IMG/VR virus record: IMGVR_UViG_3300042351_001072
Length of the DNA stretch: 64,000 nt
Reading direction: 5' to 3' (one strand)
Source of the DNA: an uncultured virus (IMG/VR IMGVR_UViG_3300042351_001072)
Taxonomy: Duplodnaviria > Heunggongvirae > Uroviricota > Caudoviricetes
Shown: positions 30,164 to 39,770 of the stretch, piece after piece
Numbering within the stretch: the stretch's first letter is position 1
Layout of the letters: every line of letters starts with the position of its first letter
Notes under the pieces: model-generated
What the model saw: only the letters and a program-made list of their open reading frames with translations
Told to the model about the DNA's origin: nothing
Database searches by the model: none
Translations under genes and position numbers: made by a program

Positions 30164-30259
30164 AGTAATAAATATACAAGAAATAAAAAACCCCACTAAA
30201 TGGTGGGGTTGAATTATTCATTTAAATGGTGGGGATTGACAACCCGAAGGGAAAAATTT

Positions 30260-30640
30260 TTATAAATTATCCAAAATTGATCCTGATATTTCAGAACTTA
30301 TAAAATCAAAATCAATATTCTTTCTACCCATATTCATTAAGTCAGTGATATTTTCATTGTAAACATCCTCATGAATATCAGCCAATTCTCCATACTTTTC
30401 TCTAAATTCATTTTGGTATTTTTTTAAAATACTATCAAAATCAATATTGTTTAAAATATTATTAAACATTTCTTGAAGCTCCGCATCCATTTCAAAATAT
30501 AGGTCAGAAGCATATTGATCTGCTTGTTTAAAATTTTCATAATAAAATTCATCTTCATCTGACTCTTCATCTGACTCTTTAACTAATCGTTTAATAATTT
30601 TAGTTAAATCAGATTCTGTTAATTTAATAATCTTTTTCAT
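30260..30640 (-). CDS. Leader-bearing acidic protein
   Basis: MKKIIKLTESDLTKIIKRLVKE. Confidence 0.8.
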   Translation of the reverse strand: MKKIIKLTESDLTKIIKRLVKESDEESDEDEFYYENFKQADQYASDLYFEMDAELQEMFNNILNNIDFDSILKKYQNEFREKYGELADIHEDVYNENITDLMNMGRKNIDFDFISSEISGSILDNL

Positions 30641-30684
30641 AACAATAAATATAACCACCCGTTAATTAGTTCGGGGTAGTTCCA

Positions 30685-30915
30685 ATTTTTTCCCAAAAAT
30701 TTTTCCAGAATTTTTTTTACGAATATTTCATTTACGCCATTGAACCCCCTTTCTACCTGTCAAAAAGTCATATATGGGGGGGATACGGAGGGGGGGAGGG
30801 GTACCTATGTCAGATCCCCCATGAGGGAGGGGGTGTGCCAAACTATAAGGGGATCCCTACAAGTTATTAACAATATGGTTGTTGATAAGTTTACTTATGA
30901 GAAGTTATTAACATG
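30685..30915. other. T/A-tracts, G-run cluster and TTATTAACA boxes; candidate origin or packaging/terminus signal
   Basis: gggggggatacggagggggggaggggtacc..gagggagggggtg in an otherwise AT-rich window; boxes at 30864, 30880 (reverse), 30905. Confidence 0.45.
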
Positions 30916-30923
30916 ACAACCCG

Positions 30924-31427
30924 TCAGTCATCAAATTGTGGTATGTTACTATCTTTGGCTATGTTGATACTGTCTATGTTAATGGTTCTTGGTTTGTGTA
31001 ATGAATCCAATGCCCAACTGGGGATCTGATTTTCGGGGGTATTACTATATCGGTTCACCCTCATGTTAACAGGTAGTTGACTATATGCCATAGTGATGAA
31101 CTTCTCCATCTGTTTATTAAACCTCCATCCTGTGATGTCTTCGTACTTTTCATCAAAGAAGTGTACAACGAATGACATATCATCACTATCATCCATATAG
31201 AACTTCCATAGTCTTGGGTTATTAATAAACTTTTCTCCTATAGGTATGTTAAAGTACTTACTGAGTGTCAATGGATCTATTGTTAACTTGATCCCCAACA
31301 TACTCTCGTAACTATTGAAGGGGTGTTTCTTTGATAGTGTGAGTGATACCACGAATGGATATTCTGATTGGACTATACTCTCCAAGATCTTTAATCCCTG
31401 TTCTTGTTTTCTTGTTAACATATTCAT
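30924..31427 (-). CDS. Hypothetical protein
   Basis: ORF with TATTTAT abutting the start. Confidence 0.7.
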   Translation of the reverse strand: MNMLTRKQEQGLKILESIVQSEYPFVVSLTLSKKHPFNSYESMLGIKLTIDPLTLSKYFNIPIGEKFINNPRLWKFYMDDSDDMSFVVHFFDEKYEDITGWRFNKQMEKFITMAYSQLPVNMRVNRYSNTPENQIPSWALDSLHKPRTINIDSINIAKDSNIPQFDD

Positions 31428-31470
31428 ATAAATATTAGGTTATGTCAAAAATTATCCGTACCTTTGTTAT

Positions 31471-31540
31471 GTTGGTGGTTAAGTCCGAAACGGGCTGGGG
31501 GAAAGATAATCCCCTTGGAGTGTAGACTCCAACCTGCCTT
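31471..31540 (+). ncRNA. Candidate small structured RNA (multi-hairpin junction)
   Basis: Follows TACCTTTG (31459-31466); hairpins AGTCCG/CGGGCT, GGGG/CCCC, TTGGAGT/ACTCCAA, closing GGTGG/CCTGCC. Confidence 0.45.
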
Positions 31541-31904
31541 ATAAAAAAAAATAAGGAATATGGTTTTTTTACATAATGCTCTTGTCCCCCATGTGGAATT
31601 TACTTATACTTACATTATGAGAAATAGTATAGAAGTATTTGTTGTGTTGGGGTCACTCCTGTTCGGGATGGCGTTAATTAATTGGGTACATAATTTTACC
31701 CCCTCGTTTATTTATAGAGATGAAACTGAAATAGTGATTGAAGATGATATTGCTTAAGATCTTCCTATGGATGATTGTCGTAACCTTGACACTCATAACC
31801 TCACTATCAGTATGTGTCTTCATCATGACCAAGTTCCCCAAGTCTAAAGTGGGGAATTGGATCCGTAATCATATCATTACAGATGAAGACCTTGAACCCC
31901 CAAT

Positions 31905-32204
31905 CTAACGTTGATCATTAAGGTAGTTCTCTACCTCACTTAATGAATGATCACGGATTAGTTTATTTATAGATGAAAGATCCTCACTACTCAGTGGGGA
32001 TTTTTTGTGTATGTACTCTATCACATCCCCCATGTCAGTTGAAGTCAATACCAAAAAGTTTTGAACAATTGGTTTCTTTAGTCCCTTTGTAGTCACCTGT
32101 TCATAAACACACGTGCCAGAAAAGTTATGGTGACAATATGTCAGGGTTATGGTACCACCACTTTTGTTAATAACTTTGTTGAAAACTTCTAATATCTCTG
32201 TCAT
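31905..32204 (-). CDS. Hypothetical protein
   Basis: ORF with TATTTAT upstream. Confidence 0.55.
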   Translation of the reverse strand: MTEILEVFNKVINKSGGTITLTYCHHNFSGTCVYEQVTTKGLKKPIVQNFLVLTSTDMGDVIEYIHKKSPLSSEDLSSINKLIRDHSLSEVENYLNDQR

Positions 32205-32820
32205 AGGGGGGAATTGTTAATAAATAAATATGTTAATTTTCTTGTTTTTGTCAAAATGTCAGTCGTGCTTTGAATACCACACAATGCTTTTCCCACTTTT
32301 CCCCACTTGTAGTATAGTAAATGGTTCCCACCTTTTACCACCACTATTGGTCCTGTTGCTATGGTGAGAGTGAAAAAATCCCCTCTGTAGATACCTACAG
32401 GACCACTTTTTTAGGTATATGAAAAGTCCAGCGAAAACTACATAGTTATAGTTCATTGAGCGTGTGTAGACATTTATGTCGTTAGTAGATCACTTATAGA
32501 TAACTAATAGATCATTAAAAGATAACTTCAACGACCACTTTAGTGGACCTTTCAACCTTTGACCCCTTAAAAATAGACAACTAATATAGGAAGTAAATGA
32601 GTGGTAATTAGTGGGTGATCTTTTATATCATTCTCATCAGGTTTAACCTGACCTTAGTGATATGATTCATACCCTTTCATCTACCAACTAATAACACACC
32701 ATAACAATTACCTTCATCAAGACCATTGGTCTTCCATACAATTACACATAATGTGTTACGCAAAATGTGTAATGGATTTGTCTACTTATAAATGGGGTCA
32801 TTAGTTTATGTGGGGGAAAT

Positions 32821-32892
32821 TTATACCCGATAGGGACAGAATTATACCCGATAAGGTATAATCATAAAAACATTATACCCGATAGGGTGTAA
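32821..32892. repeat. Three imperfect palindromic repeats TTATACCC-GATA-(A/G)GG(TATAA)
   Basis: Copies start at 32821, 32842, 32873 inside a ~1 kb largely ORF-free region. Confidence 0.85.
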
Positions 32893-33224
32893 ATAGAAAA
32901 TATAAGGTTGTGAACTTATATACGTATTTATCCGTATATATACGAATCCATATACGAATGGTTTACACTAACCTGTTTACTGTAAACAACATCATAGATA
33001 AACGGATATATTCCGATTAACCTATTATATAATGTAAACTTTCTATACCTGAGAACCTCATCATGTAAACGAAATGTACATTACAGTAATCCCCATTACG
33101 ATAAAGGATATGTGGTAAAATATAGGACAGATCCTTAATAGAAATGTAAACGGTAAATAACTTACATTTTACCGTATGGTCTGAATATGACGGTAAAAGA
33201 GTATAGGATAAAATTAGGAATGAA

Positions 33225-33271
33225 ATCCGTAGTGAGTTTACGAACGGTAGGATGGAATGAGTAAATTGATC
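33225..33271 (+). repeat. 47-nt direct repeat, copy 1 (structured element)
   Basis: atccgtagtgagtttacgaacggtaggatggaatgagtaaattgatc; one mismatch versus 36191-36237. Confidence 0.9.
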
Positions 33272-33280
33272 ATATACTCT

Positions 33281-33970
33281 TTATACTTTCCTTAGTTTTA
33301 ATAATTTACTTATATCCATAGTAACATTCTTTGGTACGTGTGTTGGTGATAATGTTTCTTTCACATCTACTTTTGTTTTCTTCGCCAAATCATATATTGT
33401 TTTCTCTTCCGTTCCCACATTATATATTCCTTTCACATCAGAATTAATTAATCCCACAACCAATGATGATATTACGTCAGTGTAGTCGGCATTTGTTTTT
33501 ACATCTGTCCACGCATGGTCATAAGTAAATGGATTATCTTTGTGTGATAATCTACAGATAAGATAATTGTTTGACATTAACTCTATATGTGAATCACCTA
33601 ATAGTTTAGTATATGAATACCAATTATTATCGTGTACAGGAACGTCGGTTTCTTTTGCTAATTCTACTGAGTTTGCGTATACATAGTCCGTTGATATATG
33701 TACTAACTTTGATCCCGTCTCATTACAATACGTTACAAGTTGTGATACAAATTTATAGTTAACATTCCATTGTTCTTCTTTTACGTTGGAGTAGGTGTTT
33801 GTGTTTGCAATACAGTTTACAATTACGTCATATCCGTTCATCTTATGAACCCATTCATCAAAATTATTTACATCTATGTTATCCTTACCTCTTGATAAAC
33901 TATCCCACCTTGTTTGGTAGGTTATCTCCCTTCCTAATTTTCCTTGTCCTAAAACTAATACTTTTAACAT
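33281..33970 (-). CDS. rmlD: dTDP-4-dehydrorhamnose reductase-like SDR
   Basis: VLGQGKLG, VNCIA, HISTDYVY, YSYTK (YxxxK). Confidence 0.85.
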   Translation of the reverse strand: MLKVLVLGQGKLGREITYQTRWDSLSRGKDNIDVNNFDEWVHKMNGYDVIVNCIANTNTYSNVKEEQWNVNYKFVSQLVTYCNETGSKLVHISTDYVYANSVELAKETDVPVHDNNWYSYTKLLGDSHIELMSNNYLICRLSHKDNPFTYDHAWTDVKTNADYTDVISSLVVGLINSDVKGIYNVGTEEKTIYDLAKKTKVDVKETLSPTHVPKNVTMDISKLLKLRKV

Positions 33971-34040
33971 ATTCTAAATATAATAAAAAATCCCCCATTT
34001 TTAAATGGAGGATTAGTTATTTTTTTATTTGTGTAATATA

Positions 34041-34568
34041 TTATTCTTTAATATATTTTCTACCGTTCTTGATATAAAAAGAATTACTTGGGTGAGTCGT
34101 TATATCTTTAATTTCTCTTCCAAGTAAATCATAGTAATTGTTATCCATTAATGACGAATTTTGAGTTTGTTCAGTAAGTGATAACGAATTACAATCGTTA
34201 AGATTAGTTCCTAAACGAACGTAAGACGAATTATTTTGATCAGTGAATGTAACAATGTTTCCATCGCAACTAAATACCATAAGACTAACCAAGATATTTC
34301 CAAAATTGTAATCTATAGTAATCGTATTATTAGTCACGGAATAATTTTCTGTCCCTGGAATGTGATTACCATCTCCAGCCTCAAAGGTGTTGTATAAGGA
34401 ATCACAATTTCCTGCTATACAATAATAAGTAAATCGTTCACCATTTTCAAAAATATACATCGTATTGTCAAAGTTTGGCATTTTCCATTTACCTTCAATT
34501 GTGTTGTTTTGTGAGAATGTGTTGGTTGTGATCAATAGTAGTAGAGCTCCTAATAGTAATTTTTTCAT
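34041..34568 (-). CDS. Secreted protein with short T9SS-type C-terminal sorting tail
   Basis: Signal peptide MKKLLLGALLLL; tail YYDLLGREI..FYIKNGRKYIKE. Confidence 0.7.
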   Translation of the reverse strand: MKKLLLGALLLLITTNTFSQNNTIEGKWKMPNFDNTMYIFENGERFTYYCIAGNCDSLYNTFEAGDGNHIPGTENYSVTNNTITIDYNFGNILVSLMVFSCDGNIVTFTDQNNSSYVRLGTNLNDCNSLSLTEQTQNSSLMDNNYYDLLGREIKDITTHPSNSFYIKNGRKYIKE

Positions 34569-34669
34569 AGTTTTTGTTTTTTTATAAGTATACACATTAT
34601 AATAATGTTTGTAAATAAAAAATCCCCCACTTTACAATGGAGGATCTTAATTATTTTATGTGGAATGTA

Positions 34670-35695
34670 TTATTTTATAATTCTTGTTGTATAGAATTTA
34701 CCACCATCATCTGTAAGAGTAATAACATATGTACCACTACTTAATGTATCAGAGTTAAACTGAATGTTCTTAGTGAAATACTTTTGTTGATATACACATT
34801 TACCGTCAATTGACATGATCCTTAGTTGACCACTGTTTGAAGGAGTATTGATGTTTACAACACCCGATACAGGGTTTGGCCATACTTTAATGTTGTTGGT
34901 TAATTCTGTTACACCCACAGTATATTCAGGAACAATATGTAATGTGTAGTCCGTTACTAAACTACCAGGTGACCAAAAACCTAATGTGTCAATTGTAAAT
35001 GTTAGACATGAATCAACAACACAACCGTCTAAAGAACTTGCCGCTAAACATACGTTATATGTTCCTGTCGAGATATAGTTCACTGTTGGATAAGGTAAAT
35101 CAGATGATTGTCCGTTTCCGAAGTTCCATGTCCATGAAGTTGCGTTAACTGTTTGACATACAATAAAAATTCCATTTGGTTCTGTAACTAAAGAGTCAGC
35201 AACAAAGTACATACCAATTGATGGAGTTGCCTCAATTAATCCATCACAGTTGTTATCAATACCATCATAACATAGTTCGGTTGCTCCTGGATAGACAGTT
35301 GGATCAAATGGATTACAATCAATATTATCCATGAACCCATCAAAATCTGAGTCTTGGTTTTGAAGTACTATTGTAAATGTCTGAACCCCTTGTCCAGGAC
35401 CAAGATATATTGTTTCATTTATACAAGACTCACCTAAACATGGTGAAGTATAAATCGCACAGATACTAACATTTAGACTATCAATTGCAGGTACAACCGC
35501 CACATAACTTCCTGTAGGTTGTTGTGCGAAAGTAATGGATCCTTGAACCCCACCTCCATAATAGTTTCCGAACAATGTATATGGACATCCGCCAAGGTTA
35601 ATTACATCAACGTTAAACGACGTTAATACTTGTGATGATACACTCAGTCCAATGAATGTGAAAAGAGTTAAAAAGAGTAATTTAATTTGTTTCAT
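34670..35695 (-). CDS. T9SS type A cargo protein with MopE-like Cys motif and PKD domain
   Basis: Signal peptide; DCNPFDPTVYPGATELCYDGIDNNCDG; WTWNFGNG..GTYNVCL; CTD VWPNP..GTYVITL..RIIK. Confidence 0.85.
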   Translation of the reverse strand: MKQIKLLFLTLFTFIGLSVSSQVLTSFNVDVINLGGCPYTLFGNYYGGGVQGSITFAQQPTGSYVAVVPAIDSLNVSICAIYTSPCLGESCINETIYLGPGQGVQTFTIVLQNQDSDFDGFMDNIDCNPFDPTVYPGATELCYDGIDNNCDGLIEATPSIGMYFVADSLVTEPNGIFIVCQTVNATSWTWNFGNGQSSDLPYPTVNYISTGTYNVCLAASSLDGCVVDSCLTFTIDTLGFWSPGSLVTDYTLHIVPEYTVGVTELTNNIKVWPNPVSGVVNINTPSNSGQLRIMSIDGKCVYQQKYFTKNIQFNSDTLSSGTYVITLTDDGGKFYTTRIIK

Positions 35696-35716
35696 TTTTG
35701 TTTTTTTTTATTTGTT

Positions 35717-36112
35717 TTATTTTAAAGGTATTAAATTGTAAATCCAAGCAAAGTCATTGTATTCAATAGCAAGAAAATCTTCCCCCGATTCATTTTCTAT
35801 TAAATAAAGTCTACAACGTTGTCCTGCCGTGTCATATGCGTACCAATATACTGCCGATCCTTCTACTTCCACATCTTCAGAATCCGAATAGATTGTATAG
35901 TGTTGACGTTGTGTCGAGTTAATAGTTATCACTGTTGGTTCAATCATAACCAATATGGACTCAATTACCTTAGGTCCTGACCAATCAAAATCTCCTGTTA
36001 ATGTGTTTTTAACCCCCACATTTAATGTGGTTGCTCTTGCGTATGCGGCATCTTGAGTATACCCCACTAATAATAATAGAGATAGTAAAAGTGTCGTTAT
36101 TATTTTTTTCAT
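35717..36112 (-). CDS. Secreted hypothetical protein
   Basis: Signal peptide. Confidence 0.72.
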   Translation of the reverse strand: MKKIITTLLLSLLLLVGYTQDAAYARATTLNVGVKNTLTGDFDWSGPKVIESILVMIEPTVITINSTQRQHYTIYSDSEDVEVEGSAVYWYAYDTAGQRCRLYLIENESGEDFLAIEYNDFAWIYNLIPLK

Positions 36113-36190
36113 AGTTTTGTTTTTTGTGTAAAGGTAAGCAATTTTACCTTACTTGTCAATAAAGACTATGGGATTAAATTATGAATGGAT

Positions 36191-36237
36191 ATCCGTAGTG
36201 AGTTTACGAACGGTAGGATGGAATGAGTAAGTTGATC
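36191..36237 (+). repeat. 47-nt direct repeat, copy 2
   Basis: atccgtagtgagtttacgaacggtaggatggaatgagtaagttgatc. Confidence 0.9.
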
Positions 36238-36296
36238 CTATAATCTTTAATAACTTTGTTTTGATATACAAATAATATTAACTATATTTGTTTATT

Positions 36297-37097
36297 ATGG
36301 AAGATAAAGTTTGTCGTAAATGTGAATTATTACAACCACGAGAAAATTACTATAAGAACATCAGATCAAAAGACGGATTAACCATTGATTGTAAATCATG
36401 TGTGAAAAGTTATGTGAAAGAAAACAAGACCGATGAGTCCATTAAAATGAGTCAACTTAAAAAGAGGGCTAAGAAAAGAAATATGGACTTAGAAGATATC
36501 ATTAAAGAAGATAACATTATTGAAGAATCTAAAAGATTAGGTATGAAATATTGTTATAGTTGTTTAAGAATTTTAGATAAGTCTTGTTTCGGTAAACATA
36601 AAATATCTTCTGATGGTTTAAATACTGCCTGTAAAGAATGTAGGGTTAAGGTAACTCGCGATTATTATATAAATAATGTGGAGACTATCACCAAACAAAA
36701 ATCTATATACACCAAAAACAATTTGGGACGCATTGTTAAACGTCAATCTAAATACACTAAAAAAAGGATGGCTGAGGATCCCATGTTTCGTTTGACCGTT
36801 AACCTAAGAAAGAGAATTAAAAACTATATGAAAAGTATCGGGATTAGTCCTAAACTATCTAAAGAAACTCAGGAAATGGTTGGTTGTTCACCACAATCAC
36901 TAAGAGAATATATTGAAAGTAAATTTGTTGGTGGAATGTCGTGGGACAACTATGGTGTTAACGGATGGCACTTGGATCACATAATCCCATTGGCTTCCGC
37001 AAAAACCAAAGAAGAAATAATTAAACTTAATCACCACACTAACTTACAACCCTTATGGTCCATTGAAAATCTTAAAAAAGGTTCTAAGATTATTTGA
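36297..37097 (+). CDS. HNH-family (homing-type) endonuclease with two CxxC zinc-finger repeats
   Basis: CRKC..CKSC, CYSC..CKEC; WHLDHIIP..HHTNLQPLWSIENLKKG; TATATTTG at 36283-36290. Confidence 0.85.
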   Translation: MEDKVCRKCELLQPRENYYKNIRSKDGLTIDCKSCVKSYVKENKTDESIKMSQLKKRAKKRNMDLEDIIKEDNIIEESKRLGMKYCYSCLRILDKSCFGKHKISSDGLNTACKECRVKVTRDYYINNVETITKQKSIYTKNNLGRIVKRQSKYTKKRMAEDPMFRLTVNLRKRIKNYMKSIGISPKLSKETQEMVGCSPQSLREYIESKFVGGMSWDNYGVNGWHLDHIIPLASAKTKEEIIKLNHHTNLQPLWSIENLKKGSKII

Positions 37098-37177
37098 TCA
37101 GGGAAACCAATCTTAATAACTTTCTTCTTAAATGCTCACCCCTGACTTTAAACCTTTTATCTAAATCAGTTAAGAAC

Positions 37178-37522
37178 TTATCTAATGATTTGTTTGGTCT
37201 CTTCCCTTCTTATTCTTGTTATGGATTCTTGTAAATTCAACCTGCCCCTTACATATTTAACAAGTGGCCTTTCATATTTCAAATAAGATTCCCAATAATC
37301 CGCATCAGGACCAAACTCATATATGTCTGGGAACTTTCTTGATTTAATAAATTCTCTTGTACCATCGTAGATTGCAGTATCCAAACTCTCACCATAATCA
37401 ATCAATTCTTTAACATCATTGACCAACCACTCAAGGTCCTCTTGAGTAAGCCTTCTTCGGATATATATTGGTAAATCAGTTTCTTCCTTTAATACTTTCC
37501 TTATGTGTTCCTGTAATCTCAT
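37178..37522 (-). CDS. RR family protein (MNLQE class leader) with leader remnant at C-terminus
   Basis: MRLQEHIRKVLKEET..IRRRL; ends LNLQESITRIRREETK. Confidence 0.8.
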   Translation of the reverse strand: MRLQEHIRKVLKEETDLPIYIRRRLTQEDLEWLVNDVKELIDYGESLDTAIYDGTREFIKSRKFPDIYEFGPDADYWESYLKYERPLVKYVRGRLNLQESITRIRREETKQIIR

Positions 37523-37869
37523 CTAATTAATACATTATACATTGATGTAATCCTTTCTTGATAGTGTTTGGTTAACTGTTTGGCTAAACCATCAATTATC
37601 TCTTCAGACATTTCTCCACCATAAAAATACTGTCTTACACTTAATGAAGTTAAAAGATCCATTATAACCATTCTTGAGAACTCTTCTTCTGTTAATAAAC
37701 CTGGATCTGACTTAAAACTTTTTATAAATATTTTTGACACATAATGTAATGATGACCCAAATTCCTCATCCATCTTTTCTAAAATCCTTGAAGGTATTCT
37801 ACGTAACATCATTCTTATGTAGTTAGTCTCCTCCTTTAATACTTTCCTTATTTGTTCCTGTAGATTCAT
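37519..37869 (-). CDS. RR family protein (MNLQE class)
   Basis: MNLQEQIRKVLKEET..LRRI. Confidence 0.8.
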   Translation of the reverse strand: MNLQEQIRKVLKEETNYIRMMLRRIPSRILEKMDEEFGSSLHYVSKIFIKSFKSDPGLLTEEEFSRMVIMDLLTSLSVRQYFYGGEMSEEIIDGLAKQLTKHYQERITSMYNVLIR

Positions 37870-38186
37870 TTTTTTAAACCTTTATATAGATCCCTTATTA
37901 TATCATCAAAATAATCGGAAACCTCCGTAACAAATTCTATTTCTTCTTGTTCAGGTAAATCTTCCCATCCCAATTCATATGTATTATACATAATTGCTTC
38001 CACCGCCCGTAAAGTTAACTCATATTTAAATTGTTTGTAACTTTTTGTTTCAAAAAACACTTGTCGTGAGTTAGTTGGAAGTAACAATTTAACCACATCT
38101 AAATTAATTCTTCTATGAAAGAACTTTGATTCATTAATGGTACCCATCATTGATTGTATTCTTGATATTTGCTCGTGTAGGTTCAT
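37866..38186 (-). CDS. RR family protein (ISRIQSMMG class)
   Basis: MNLHEQISRIQSMMGTINE-SKFFHRRI; body similar to N-terminus of 55007..55810. Confidence 0.8.
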   Translation of the reverse strand: MNLHEQISRIQSMMGTINESKFFHRRINLDVVKLLLPTNSRQVFFETKSYKQFKYELTLRAVEAIMYNTYELGWEDLPEQEEIEFVTEVSDYFDDIIRDLYKGLKK

Positions 38187-38602
38187 TGTAATATTATTTG
38201 ATATTTCATATCGGAAACATATGGAATCATAGATTTGTCCCCTTGTTTTATAAACTTTAATCTATGTTTATGTTCATTAAAAGGTTCTAACTTCGGGGCT
38301 TCATCTATTTCACCCATAACATATTTATGTGCTTGTGGATAGTTAATGGCATATATTTCTTTACCCTTTGAATACACAATTCTAATGTCTTTTTCATTTC
38401 CTCCCCATAGTTCTAACTCTTGGGTGTATTTTGGTATATCATTTTTTTTAATAAACCAGCAATGTATTCCTTCATATGGTAATTTATTTACTGTACCTTT
38501 ATTATCAAACTTTTCAGTTCTAATAAAAACATAGTCATCATTGTTTTCACTAATAACCCCCATCATTGATTGTATTCTTGATATTTGTTCTTGTAGATTC
38601 AT
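38183..38602 (-). CDS. Leader-bearing hypothetical protein
   Basis: MNLQEQISRIQSMMGVISE. Confidence 0.8.
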   Translation of the reverse strand: MNLQEQISRIQSMMGVISENNDDYVFIRTEKFDNKGTVNKLPYEGIHCWFIKKNDIPKYTQELELWGGNEKDIRIVYSKGKEIYAINYPQAHKYVMGEIDEAPKLEPFNEHKHRLKFIKQGDKSMIPYVSDMKYQIILQ

Positions 38603-39087
38603 TTGTCCCTTAATATTCTTTTAACTATTGGGTTATTTAAAAACTCTTCCATATCTTTCTTAACTCTTCCTGTATTACAAAAAGTGTTATTGAAAAAGTA
38701 TTCTGGTATTTCATTTGTTTCTTCATCAAATATTTCTGTCCTATACATTTCAGGGACAAGGTACCTTTGTCTTTCTTCCCACTCTTCCAATCTTTTCCAC
38801 GCTTCATCCATTGTTGTTAACCCATTTGAATCCAATAACATATTATCAATTTTAATATAAGCATGAACCAAATAATCCTGAACTATCGTTTCATCCAACT
38901 CATCTATCTCTTGAGCCAGTAACAAATAATAATTAACCTTCTTCTTTGGGAACATCTTTCTAATCTTCCCAATAACATTATAAACAAAGTAATGACAATA
39001 TCCATATTGATAATCATAGTTCCCCTTATTCCATTTGGACTCAAGGGTCTCTCTCAATACTTTTCTTATTTGTTCTTGTAGGTTCAT
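38599..39087 (-). CDS. Leader-bearing protein with papain/transglutaminase-like Cys-His-Asp motif
   Basis: YGYCHYF..VHAYI..LLDSNG. Confidence 0.6.
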   Translation of the reverse strand: MNLQEQIRKVLRETLESKWNKGNYDYQYGYCHYFVYNVIGKIRKMFPKKKVNYYLLLAQEIDELDETIVQDYLVHAYIKIDNMLLDSNGLTTMDEAWKRLEEWEERQRYLVPEMYRTEIFDEETNEIPEYFFNNTFCNTGRVKKDMEEFLNNPIVKRILRDK

Positions 39088-39088
39088 A

Positions 39089-39436
39089 TTATGACATACT
39101 TCTAACTATTTGATTATATTTGTGAACGGCTAATGCTGTTTTTTGTATATTATCCCAATTCCCTTTCCATCCCATTAATTTTTCTTCAGGTAATTCTTCC
39201 CATTCATACCACGCATTTGTATTTTCAGGTGTGACGATTGATATTAAATCAGGGTTCCATTCACCTCCTGTTTGAGCACCTTCAGGTGTATGAACTAGTT
39301 TAAATGAATTACCATAGTTCTCGTCCCAATCAATGTAGTATTTTTCACCAAATTTATTTAATATAGGTTGTTCAGCTTCTTCTTTGATAACCCCCATCAT
39401 TGATTGTATTCTTGATATTTGTTCTTGTAGGTTCAT
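39089..39436 (-). CDS. Leader-bearing hypothetical protein
   Basis: MNLQEQISRIQSMMGVIKEE. Confidence 0.8.
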   Translation of the reverse strand: MNLQEQISRIQSMMGVIKEEAEQPILNKFGEKYYIDWDENYGNSFKLVHTPEGAQTGGEWNPDLISIVTPENTNAWYEWEELPEEKLMGWKGNWDNIQKTALAVHKYNQIVRSMS

Positions 39437-39437
39437 A

Positions 39438-39770
39438 TTAGTCTCCACAATTAATGTGAAAGTATTCTTTTATTTTTTCTCCGTATTTGTCTTTAATATA
39501 ATTTTCAATATCATTATATATTTCATTCCATAATTTTCCATTATCATCCAAATTTGAAAAATGATTAAAATACATAAAGTCAATCACCGATTGTATTATA
39601 CGATCCAATAAGTCTTCACCAGTTATATGTCTACATATATTATCAGGCATATAAACCTCTTTCATTAATCTATAAAATTCATTATCAATTACCCCCAATC
39701 TTCTTCTGAGATAAATGTTTATCTTTGTTTCCTCTTTGAGTATCCTTCTTATTGTCTCTTGTAGGTTCAT
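39438..39770 (-). CDS. RR..C..C family protein
   Basis: MNLQETIRRILKEET; LRRRL, PDNIC, INC; paralog of next gene but with a different leader. Confidence 0.82.
   Translation of the reverse strand: MNLQETIRRILKEETKINIYLRRRLGVIDNEFYRLMKEVYMPDNICRHITGEDLLDRIIQSVIDFMYFNHFSNLDDNGKLWNEIYNDIENYIKDKYGEKIKEYFHINCGD

Noticed and set aside
32259..32456. 65-aa ORF in the non-coding region
   Set aside because: Atypical composition, no promoter motif, lies in repeat-rich DNA
32821..32892. Mini-CRISPR
   Set aside because: Only three 15-20 nt units with spacers of about 6-11 nt
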